A stretch of DNA of 64,000 bases from Pseudomonadota bacterium (GTDB lineage Bacteria > Pseudomonadota > Gammaproteobacteria > Burkholderiales > Rhodocyclaceae): positions 2,019 through 66,018 of the forward strand of contig JAGTRV010000001.1 in NCBI GenBank assembly GCA_018262245.1, given 5' to 3'. Of the stretch, positions 23,848 through 31,606 are shown piece by piece. The position numbers and the translations under genes are program-made. Numbering within the stretch: the first letter of the stretch is position 1; every line of letters starts with the position of its first letter. The notes beneath the pieces were generated by a model. It had not been told where the DNA came from. It ran no database searches and saw nothing but the letters and a program-made list of their open reading frames with translations.

Positions 23848-24657
23848 CTAGGCCAGCGCCGGCCGACGCGTCAGCCGCACGGCGGCGACAAAGCTGACGG
23901 CGATGATGGCCACCAGCGTAAAGCCAAAAACCAGTTCCTTTCCCTCGCTCCAGGCATCGACGGCCGGCGACAGCATCTTGGCGGCACCAAAGGCGGCGAC
24001 CAGCAGGCTGACGCCGGAGACGACCAGCCCCATCACGCGAGAAGCGATCAAGGCCACCTGATCGGCGCGGGCAATCAGCCGGGCGATCCACAGACCGTTG
24101 ATGCCATCGGTCAGCAGCATGCCGAGCATGAACAGCAGGGCCAGGACCAGCGCGTGCTCCCAGCCGCCGAACTGGGTCGCAGTCAGCGCGAAAAAGGCGG
24201 CTTGCGACAGTGTGTCGAAAGAAAGGGCGAACAGCGCACCGACCAGCGCGATCAGTGCCGGATGCGAGACATGGCGCAGGTTGCCGAGCAGGCGCCCCTT
24301 GACGCCCACCGGCTGGACGACTTCATGCGGTTCGGCGCGCAACACGGCGGCCAGGTTCAAGCTGCCCAGCGCGACGAGAAAACCGATCGAGATAACCGCC
24401 CCCAGGGTGCCGAACCATTCCGGCACCGCCCACTGGCCGGCCAGGGCGGAGACGCCAAGCGCGATGGCCATGACCACGGCGCCGTGGCCAAGCGAGAACA
24501 AGGTGCCGCAGTAGCGCGCCAGACCCGGCCGGGAACGGGCGTTGAAGCGGGTCAGGCCGTCGATGGTCGCCAGGTGATCGGCATCGAAACCGTGCTTCAT
24601 GCCCAGCACGAAGGTCAGGATCAGCAGCGACAGCCAATCAGAAGGCAGGGTTTCCAT
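23848..24657 (-). CDS. hoxN: NiCoT-family (HoxN/HupN/NixA) nickel permease
   Basis: GMKHGFDADHL and FSLGHG signatures, multiple TM helices. Confidence 0.88.
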   Translation of the reverse strand: METLPSDWLSLLILTFVLGMKHGFDADHLATIDGLTRFNARSRPGLARYCGTLFSLGHGAVVMAIALGVSALAGQWAVPEWFGTLGAVISIGFLVALGSLNLAAVLRAEPHEVVQPVGVKGRLLGNLRHVSHPALIALVGALFALSFDTLSQAAFFALTATQFGGWEHALVLALLFMLGMLLTDGINGLWIARLIARADQVALIASRVMGLVVSGVSLLVAAFGAAKMLSPAVDAWSEGKELVFGFTLVAIIAVSFVAAVRLTRRPALA

Positions 24658-24665
24658 AGGGCACC

Positions 24666-24692
24666 GTATGAAGGTTTTTCACATCTTCATAC
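24666..24692. promoter_or_regulatory. Putative NikR operator
   Basis: GTATGAAG-N11-CTTCATAC (GTATGA-N15-TCATAC) 9 bp upstream of hoxN start; nikR is nearby. Confidence 0.75.
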
Positions 24693-24706
24693 AAGGAGCG
24701 TGCCAG
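24689..24706 (-). promoter_or_regulatory. Putative sigma54 -24/-12 promoter for hoxN-TBDT
   Basis: Minus strand CTGGCACGCTCCTTGTA: perfect -24 element, -12 reads TTGT instead of TTGC. Confidence 0.55.
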
Positions 24707-24771
24707 ATCAATAAGTCATTGTTCGTATTGATTTCCGCCTTCCGGTGCCACCAGAAAAAGCGGCCAACTGG

Positions 24772-26118
24772 TCAGCGGCTTTCCACCGGAAGTGCAAGGA
24801 TGAATTCCGCCCCGTTACCCGGCACGTTGCGGGCGCTCAGCTTGCCGCCATGCCGTTCGACGATGCCGTAACTGATCGACAAGCCCAGCCCCGTGCCCTG
24901 ACCAACTGGCTTGGTGGTGAAGAAGGGTTCGAACAGGCGGCTCAGGTGTTCCTCGGAAATTCCCGGGCCGTTGTCGGTAAAGCGCAATACCGCCATGGCG
25001 TTTTCGACGCTGCCGCTGACCTGGAGTCGGGCGTCGGCCCGTTTGGCCAGCGCATCGCTGGCATTCTGCACCAGATTCATCACCACCTGCTGCAACTGGC
25101 CGGAGGAGCCGGAGCAGCGCAGATCCGGCGGCAAGTCGATGTCGACCACAAACTTGGCCGGGGCGCTTTGCACCACCCAGCGTACCGAGCGTTCGACCAC
25201 GTCGTTGAGGCTGACCCGTTCCGACGTCATCTTGTCCACCGCCGAGAAGCGTTTCAGGGCATCGACAATATCGCGGGTCCGCTCCGCTCCCTCGATCATG
25301 CCGTCGATCAGGTGCGGCATGTCGGCCAGGATACGGTCGATGCGCAACGCCTCGCGCATGGCCTTGAGGGCCTCGTCATCGGCGGCATCGCTGGCATGCA
25401 CCGCAGCGAGATAGCTTTCCAGCCGGCTGGCGTAGCGCTTCAGCGACAACACATTGCCCAGCACGAAACTGATCGGGTTGTTCAGCTCGTGCGCCACACC
25501 GGCTACCAACCGACCAAGCGAAACCATTTTCTCGGCGTGCAGCAATTGGCCCTGGGTCCGTTTCAGGTCATCGTGGGCCTGGCGCAGGGCGGAATAAGCA
25601 CGGCGCAGTTCGCCGACCGGGCGGCCGGTGACGACCATGCCCATCAGCTTGCCGGTCTGCGATAGACGCGGCGTGCAGTTCATCGACACCGGCACGGTCG
25701 AACCATCGCCGGCACGCAGGAAGAACTCGCAGTCATGGACGCCTTCGCGGCCGAAACGCGAGAAAATTTCGCGCGCCTTGCCCCGCTCGACGTCGTCGGC
25801 AAACAGGTCGAAAACCGGTGTCTTTTCCAGTTCCCCGGCCGTCTTGCCGGAGAAATGCTGGAGCGAGGAATTCACCTCCTCGATGCCACCATTGCGGTCG
25901 CACACGATCAGGATGTCCGACATCGAGGCAAGCACGCTCTCGATGAACTGGTGCGACTCCTCGAGCGCGGCGTTTTTCTCTTCGAGGGCGACTTCGTACT
26001 GGAGGAGGTCGTTGTAGACCTCATCCATCTTCTGGATGACTTCGATCCAGGCCTGCTCCCCGCCCGGCGGCAGCGGCGATTCCGTCGACAGATCAGCGGG
26101 CGGGACGGTAGTGGACAT
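24772..26118 (-). CDS. hupT: PAS histidine kinase of the H2-sensing system (HupT/HoxJ)
   Basis: AWIEVIQKMDEVY N-terminus, PAS, VAHELNNP H-box, FFTTKPVGQGTGLGL. Confidence 0.88.
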   Translation of the reverse strand: MSTTVPPADLSTESPLPPGGEQAWIEVIQKMDEVYNDLLQYEVALEEKNAALEESHQFIESVLASMSDILIVCDRNGGIEEVNSSLQHFSGKTAGELEKTPVFDLFADDVERGKAREIFSRFGREGVHDCEFFLRAGDGSTVPVSMNCTPRLSQTGKLMGMVVTGRPVGELRRAYSALRQAHDDLKRTQGQLLHAEKMVSLGRLVAGVAHELNNPISFVLGNVLSLKRYASRLESYLAAVHASDAADDEALKAMREALRIDRILADMPHLIDGMIEGAERTRDIVDALKRFSAVDKMTSERVSLNDVVERSVRWVVQSAPAKFVVDIDLPPDLRCSGSSGQLQQVVMNLVQNASDALAKRADARLQVSGSVENAMAVLRFTDNGPGISEEHLSRLFEPFFTTKPVGQGTGLGLSISYGIVERHGGKLSARNVPGNGAEFILALPVESR

Positions 26119-26557
26119 GGGCTTCACCGTGTTCGTCATGGGCGTGATGGTGCTCCGCTTCCAGCGCAATCAGGTTCAGCTTGCCATGGCGGACACCCCG
26201 CTCGGCCATCAGGGCATCGGCAAAGCGTCGGACATCGGCGGTCGAACCCTTCAGGATCACGGATTCAAGGCAGTTATCGTGATCGAGATGGCTGTGCATC
26301 GCCGCCACGGTCAGGTCGTGGTGATCGTGCTGCAGGCCAGTCAGGCGTTCGGCCAGTTCGCGTTCATGGTGGTTGTAAACGTAGGACAAATTGCCGACGC
26401 AATGGCCGGAAGGCGTTTCACGCTGACGGTCGCTTTCGATGGCACCGCGGATCAGGTCACGCACGGCTTCCGAGCGGTTGCTGTAGCCGCGGGCGGCGAT
26501 CAGTTGATCGAATTGTTTGGCCAAATCCTCGTCCAGCGAAATGGTGAAACGTTCCAT
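26093..26557 (-). CDS. nikR: Nickel-responsive regulator
   Basis: RHH MERFTISL..NRSEAVRDLIR, HSHLDHDNCLE nickel site; His-rich tail. Confidence 0.95.
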   Translation of the reverse strand: MERFTISLDEDLAKQFDQLIAARGYSNRSEAVRDLIRGAIESDRQRETPSGHCVGNLSYVYNHHERELAERLTGLQHDHHDLTVAAMHSHLDHDNCLESVILKGSTADVRRFADALMAERGVRHGKLNLIALEAEHHHAHDEHGEAHVHYRPAR

Positions 26558-26638
26558 GTTCTTTGCTCCCTGCTAAATACGGCCGGTAAACGCGGTGCTA
26601 GGATGGCCTTTCCTGCATTCTAACTTCTCGCCCCGCAC

Positions 26639-26968
26639 ATGACCGCTGCTCTCGATACTGAACAGATCCGCACCGCCCTGCGCAAGGTGGTCGACCCCGA
26701 GGTCGGGGCCAACATCGTCGATCTCGGCCTGATCTATCGCATCGAATTCGATGCCCCAGGCAAACTGCTGATCGAGATGACGATGACCTCGCCGGCCTGC
26801 CCGATGGGCGAGATGATCGTCGATGACGCCTACGCCGAACTCGACAGCGTGCTGCCGGCTGATTGCCAGCCGGAAATCCGCCTTGTCTGGGAACCGCCGT
26901 GGGCACCGTCGATGATGAGCGAAAAATGCCGCCTGAGCCTGGGCTGGAACGAGGCGGACAGCACTTAA
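26639..26968 (+). CDS. DUF59/SufT-like metal-sulfur cluster assembly factor
   Basis: DPE..NIVDLGLIY, MTMTSPACP, VWEPPW. Confidence 0.88.
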   Translation: MTAALDTEQIRTALRKVVDPEVGANIVDLGLIYRIEFDAPGKLLIEMTMTSPACPMGEMIVDDAYAELDSVLPADCQPEIRLVWEPPWAPSMMSEKCRLSLGWNEADST

Positions 26969-28036
26969 ATGGCTGACCTGAAACCCGCTGGCCGGTTGCC
27001 GCTGCTGTTTTTCGGCATGCTCTCGCTGCTCGGTGGCGTGATGGCCGGCTTGGCACGGCTCGGCTGGGAAGTTCCCGCCCCTGCCATGCAGGCAGCCGGC
27101 GTGCACGGCCCACTGATGATCGCCGCTTTTTTCGGCACGGTGATCAGCCTCGAACGTGCCGTCGCGGCTGGCCGAAACTGGGCCTACCTTGCCCCGCTGG
27201 CGGCCGGGGCCAGCGGCATTGTCCTGCTCGCCGGCGCCCCACTGCTGGCAGGCCAAATCCTGGGCAGCCTCGCCGCATTCGGCCTGATTGCCGCCAGCGC
27301 CGTCGCCCTCCGCCGCCAGGTGGCCGCCTTCACCGTTGTCCTGACACTGGCTGCCGGCTGCTGGCTGGTCGGCAACCTCGCCTGGCTGGCCAGCAGCAAC
27401 GTCAGCACTGCCGTGGCGTGGTGGTTGCTCTTTCTGGTTCTGACCATTGCAGGCGAACGCCTGGAGTTGACCCGTTTTCTACCCACACCGCCGGTCGCCC
27501 AGAAGTTGTTCATCGGCATCGTCGGCGTTCTGCTCATTGGCGCGCTGACTGCAGTTAACTCGCTTTTTTCCACCGGCTTGCTCGCCCTGGCGTTCTGGCT
27601 GCTGCGTTACGACATCGCCCGCCGCAATATCGCGACGGAGGGCCTGACCCGCTTCATTGCCGCCTGCCTGCTTTCCGGCTACGCCTGGTTGCTCGTGGCC
27701 GGCCTGCTCGGTCTGGCCGGCGCCTTCACCCCCGGCCACCCATGGCGCGATGCCGCGCTGCACGCCATCGGCCTTGGTTTTGTTTTTTCCATGGTCTTCG
27801 GTCATGCACTGATCATTTTCCCTGCCGTCACCCGCATTAAAATCCCTTACCACCCGGCCCTCTACCTTTCCCTCGTACTGCTCCACCTGACGTTGGCACT
27901 ACGTGTACTTGGCAGCTTGGCCGGCAATTTCGACCTGCGTCACCTTGCCGCCTTGTTGAACGGGCTGGTACTGATTGTCTTTATTGTCACGATTGCGACG
28001 CTGGTTCGCCACAATGCCCCACGAGGTGCCCGATGA
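26969..28036 (+). CDS. Polytopic membrane protein, NnrS-like
   Basis: Many TM helices with intramembrane His (HGPLM, LHAIGLGF, FGHA, LHL). Confidence 0.55.
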   Translation: MADLKPAGRLPLLFFGMLSLLGGVMAGLARLGWEVPAPAMQAAGVHGPLMIAAFFGTVISLERAVAAGRNWAYLAPLAAGASGIVLLAGAPLLAGQILGSLAAFGLIAASAVALRRQVAAFTVVLTLAAGCWLVGNLAWLASSNVSTAVAWWLLFLVLTIAGERLELTRFLPTPPVAQKLFIGIVGVLLIGALTAVNSLFSTGLLALAFWLLRYDIARRNIATEGLTRFIAACLLSGYAWLLVAGLLGLAGAFTPGHPWRDAALHAIGLGFVFSMVFGHALIIFPAVTRIKIPYHPALYLSLVLLHLTLALRVLGSLAGNFDLRHLAALLNGLVLIVFIVTIATLVRHNAPRGAR

Positions 28037-28425
28037 AACGCCATGCCGCCCTGCTGCAACTCTCACGCGAACACCACCAAGCGCTCAAAATGGCCCGCCA
28101 GGCCCGCTTCGCCAGCGACGCCGGAATTTCGGAAGCCATAACCCAGGCCGCCGAAGCCATCTGCGAACGTTTCCGTGACGAACTTGAACCACACTTCCAG
28201 GCTGAAGAAAAAGATCTGCTGCCAGCACTAACCGCTGCTGGCGCAAGCAATCTGGCACAGCGCACGCTGGCCGAACACGCCGAACTTCGAGAACTCAACC
28301 GGCGCCTGACCGAGCCGGACGGAGAAACCCTGGCCCGCTTTGCCACCTTGCTGAACGACCATGTTCGTTTCGAGGAGCGCGAACTGTTCGAAACCGCACA
28401 GCAGCTGCTTTACCCCGAACACTGA
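28033..28425 (+). CDS. Hemerythrin/HHE domain protein
   Basis: LSREHH...HFQAEE...EHAEL...HVRFEE. Confidence 0.85.
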   Translation: MKRHAALLQLSREHHQALKMARQARFASDAGISEAITQAAEAICERFRDELEPHFQAEEKDLLPALTAAGASNLAQRTLAEHAELRELNRRLTEPDGETLARFATLLNDHVRFEERELFETAQQLLYPEH

Positions 28426-28652
28426 GCGCCCCAATCAGGGGCAAAAATTGTCGGCTCGCTGCGCGTGTCGTCGCAAAACCGGCAAAACAGAGACTACACC
28501 CCGAACCCTCGCCAAGTTCGACGAGCCCCTGCTGCCGGCCATCTCCACGCCTTTCACGCTCGTCACCAGAAACCGGGAACGGGATATGCTTGACTCAAGC
28601 TGTAGCACGCTTGATCCGTTATCCGGTTTAAGAGCGTATGGAGGAAGTCATC

Positions 28653-29618
28653 ATGGCCCACAGTGAAATCCGACTCTCGGTCGCTGAAGAGCGCACCATC
28701 TACGACGTAGGCGCCATCGAGCGCGCCATGGAAGAGGCGGCCGGCAACCGCAACGAAGCGCTGGCCACCCTCTACGACAAGATGAAGCAGCGCGGCGGCG
28801 GCCGCTTCCTGGTCCGCCCGACCGGCGCCGATATGATCGACGATCTCTACGACAGCTGCCCGAACTTCAGCGAGGTCATCGACGACCTGAAGAGGTACGT
28901 CGCGCTCTCCGTCGCCGGCAACGAACCGATGAGCTTCACGCCCATCCTGCTGCTCGGCGAACCAGGCATCGGCAAGACCCACTTCGCCCGCGAACTGGCC
29001 AACCACCTCGGTACCGGCCACGAATTCATCTCGATGAGCTCGCTGACCGCCGGCTGGGTGCTCTCCGGCGCCTCGTCGCAATGGAGCAACGCGAAACCGG
29101 GCAAAGTGGCGCACACCCTGGTGCATGGCGATTTCGCCAACCCCATCGTCGTCCTCGACGAAGTCGACAAGGCCGGCGGTGATTCGCGCTATGACCCGAT
29201 GGGCGCGCTCTACGGCCTGCTTGAACGCGACACTGCCCGCGCCTTCAAGGACGAGTTCATCGATATCGACATCGATGCCTCGCACATCCTGTGGGTGACG
29301 ACGGCCAACGACGAGCGCAGCATTCCGGACCCCATCCTCAACCGGATGAACGTCTACGAAGTGCCGCGCCCCGACCACGATGCCGCAATAACCATTGCCG
29401 CCGCGCTCTACCGCGACATCGTCAGCCAGCACGACTGGGGCTTTCCGCCGGAAGCCGACGAAGCCGTGCTCGAACGCCTCGGCTCGCTACCGCCGCGCGA
29501 CATGCGCAAGCGCCTGCTGGCCGCGTTCGGCACCGCCAAGCTGGACGGCCGCAACTGGCTGGAAGGCAGGGATTTCGAACAGGCGCGGATGGGACGAAGC
29601 CGGAAGATCGGCTTCTGA
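28653..29618 (+). CDS. Stand-alone Lon-like AAA+ ATPase (no protease domain)
   Basis: Walker A GEPGIGKT, NPIVVLDEVDK, F.DEF, TAN, PILNRM; C-terminal KIGF. Confidence 0.8.
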   Translation: MAHSEIRLSVAEERTIYDVGAIERAMEEAAGNRNEALATLYDKMKQRGGGRFLVRPTGADMIDDLYDSCPNFSEVIDDLKRYVALSVAGNEPMSFTPILLLGEPGIGKTHFARELANHLGTGHEFISMSSLTAGWVLSGASSQWSNAKPGKVAHTLVHGDFANPIVVLDEVDKAGGDSRYDPMGALYGLLERDTARAFKDEFIDIDIDASHILWVTTANDERSIPDPILNRMNVYEVPRPDHDAAITIAAALYRDIVSQHDWGFPPEADEAVLERLGSLPPRDMRKRLLAAFGTAKLDGRNWLEGRDFEQARMGRSRKIGF

Positions 29619-29652
29619 AATCACCAATAAATCGCATCTCCTTTCCCCCTGA

Positions 29653-29722
29653 TCAGCCCTGTCGATTGAACACTGTCGCATAAGCGTCGCGCCCCTTGAG
29701 CCAGAACTCGGCGGGCGCGACG
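29653..29722 (-). repeat. Diverged copy of the 3' end of gene 34770-35156 (left flank of corrinoid cassette)
   Basis: Ungapped match to 34770-34839, 52/70 nt by hand count; VAPAEFWLKGRDAYATVFNRQG* vs VTPAEFRLRERDGQTTVFKRLD*. Confidence 0.8.
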
Positions 29723-29874
29723 ATCTTGTCCTCTCCCAAGCAATCACCGGCAAGCACATCCGCCCCAAGCCGCAGAACAGGTATCAATGAAGCCTGCGCG
29801 CGGCAGCAATTTGCCGCTGGCCGGCATCTTTCGACTCTTGTGACGAAAAGGCCGGTCATTCCGGCTTTCCCCGC

Positions 29875-29903
29875 TTGCTGCACCTGGATGCGAGGGCTAT
29901 ATT
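29875..29903 (+). promoter_or_regulatory. Possible sigma70 promoter of the corrinoid cassette
   Basis: TTGCTG-N17-TATATT about 30 bp upstream of ATG 29936. Confidence 0.35.
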
Positions 29904-29935
29904 GGAATCCAGACCAACAGGCGTTTCCCCTCCCC

Positions 29936-30595
29936 ATGGACGCGGCATCCACAGTACGCGATGACTTCAGGCCCCTGATCGAGGCACTACTGGCCGGTGA
30001 CCACGCGGCTGCGCTGGCCGAGACCCGGCGCTTGAGCCAGATTGGCTTGTCGGCGGAAACGATCGTTACCGCCGGCCTGGAAATTGCAATGCAACAGCTC
30101 GACGACAAATGCACGGTTGAAAGCTTCAACCTGCTGGAAATCATGCTCGTGGGCCGCGCCGTTTCCGCCGTCGTACGTGAGCTTTACCCGGAGGGTGTCC
30201 CGCCGGATAAAAGTCGGGGAACACTGATCGTTGCCACCCTGGAGGGGGATGTCCACGATCTCGGCAAGAACATCGTCAAGATGGTGCTGATCGGCAAGGG
30301 CTACCGGGTCATTGATCTCGGTCGCGACTGCCCGGTTGACACGGTGGTCGCTGCCGCAGAGCGGGAAGCCGCCAGCGGAGTGCTGATCAGCGGACTGATC
30401 AGCACCATCGTTCCTCAGGTTAGACGGGTTCGTGCCGCCCTCCGGGCACATGGGCTTGATGCCGTCTGGGTGGTAGCCGGCGGTGCCGCACTGAAACAGC
30501 TTGTGGCTACCGATCTGGATGTCGACTGCGTCGCTGAAAATGCCTTCGACGGTGCTCGATACATCGAACAGCGCTTTGGGGAAACGAAGCCATGA
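29936..30595 (+). CDS. Corrinoid (cobalamin-binding) protein, MtaC/MtbC/MttC-like
   Basis: Helical cap followed by EGDVHDLGKNIV (DxHxxG), IDLGRD, ISG, GGAA. Confidence 0.9.
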   Translation: MDAASTVRDDFRPLIEALLAGDHAAALAETRRLSQIGLSAETIVTAGLEIAMQQLDDKCTVESFNLLEIMLVGRAVSAVVRELYPEGVPPDKSRGTLIVATLEGDVHDLGKNIVKMVLIGKGYRVIDLGRDCPVDTVVAAAEREAASGVLISGLISTIVPQVRRVRAALRAHGLDAVWVVAGGAALKQLVATDLDVDCVAENAFDGARYIEQRFGETKP

Positions 30596-31602
30596 ACGGA
30601 CTTGAGCGCATTCTCGCCGCCGTTCACTTTACCGCTGCCGATCTGCCACCTGCCGCGCCGCAATTGTTCGGCCACGCCGCGCATCTTTGCGGTGTGCGGT
30701 TGTGTGACTATGGCCAGAACGGCGCGCTGATGGCCGACTGCCAGTTGCGTGCCAAGGCGCACTACCGGAGTGATGCGGTCTTCGCATTCATGGATTTCTG
30801 TATGGAGAGCGAGTCCATCGGCTCCCGCCTCCGGTTTTATGAGGCGCAATATCCCGAGATCACCAGCTACGTGCTGCCAGCCACCGCCGATGCATCACAC
30901 TTGCACCTGCCAGACCCAACAAGCGACGGGCGCCTGCCGGAGCTGCTGCGGGGCATTGAACGCCTGCGCTCGACACTCGGGGATACGGCACTGGTCGCTG
31001 GCAGCCTGCTCGGGCCGATGACGCTGGCCACCCAGCTCTACGGCATAGAAACCGCCCTTTTCATGGCTGCCGACGACCCGGATCGATTCGAGATCGCCCT
31101 CGATTTCGCCACCGAATGCGCCATCCGCTATGGCCAGGCTCAGATTGTGGCGGGAGCACACCTGCCGGTGGTGTTCGACCCGGCGGCCTCCCCGGCCGTG
31201 GTGCCGCCGGCTTTTTTCCGTGAACTGCTGCTGCCCCGACTGAAACGCCTGTTTGCCGCGCTGCGCCAGGCCGGCGCCATCGCCAACTGGCTAAATATCG
31301 CCGGACCGACGGCGACAATTCTGCCCTGGTACCCTGAGGCAGGAGCCGACATCGCCACCTTCGACTATTACGTCAGCCCCGAACAGGCCGCCCGCCTGCT
31401 GCCGCAAACCTGCCTGGTCGGCAACATCAAGCCGCTCGACTTCCTCGACGCAAATCCGGAGCGCATTAGCGGCGCCGCCCGACAGTTGTTTTCTGCCTTT
31501 CGGGAAAGAGGTGGCTTCATCCTTTCATCCGGCTGCGAAATCCCCCCCGAATCGGCACCAGCCAATATCGCCGCCCTGATCGCCGTACGCGACGAGGGAT
31601 GA
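30592..31602 (+). CDS. UroD-fold MtaA/CmuA-family methyltransferase-like protein
   Basis: PDPTSDGRLP, GPMTLA, DPAAS, LVGNI, FILSSGCEIP; usual LHICG motif reads LNIAG. Confidence 0.8.
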   Translation: MNGLERILAAVHFTAADLPPAAPQLFGHAAHLCGVRLCDYGQNGALMADCQLRAKAHYRSDAVFAFMDFCMESESIGSRLRFYEAQYPEITSYVLPATADASHLHLPDPTSDGRLPELLRGIERLRSTLGDTALVAGSLLGPMTLATQLYGIETALFMAADDPDRFEIALDFATECAIRYGQAQIVAGAHLPVVFDPAASPAVVPPAFFRELLLPRLKRLFAALRQAGAIANWLNIAGPTATILPWYPEAGADIATFDYYVSPEQAARLLPQTCLVGNIKPLDFLDANPERISGAARQLFSAFRERGGFILSSGCEIPPESAPANIAALIAVRDEG

Positions 31603-31606
31603 GCCG

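Noticed and set aside
29619-29935. Cobalamin riboswitch upstream of the corrinoid cassette
   Set aside because: No B12-box or other conserved core elements seen by eye; a covariance-model search would be needed to exclude it fully
29696-29935. 80-aa N-terminal extension of the corrinoid protein
   Set aside because: Not protein-like, overlaps the repeat scar; the ~219-aa product from ATG 29936 fits the family
29653-30144. 163-aa minus-strand ORF as a real gene
   Set aside because: Only its last ~22 codons resemble gene 34770-35156; the rest is intergenic or antisense to the corrinoid gene
30592-31602. Uroporphyrinogen decarboxylase (hemE)
   Set aside because: Lacks RQAGRY and lies between a corrinoid protein and a RACo activator
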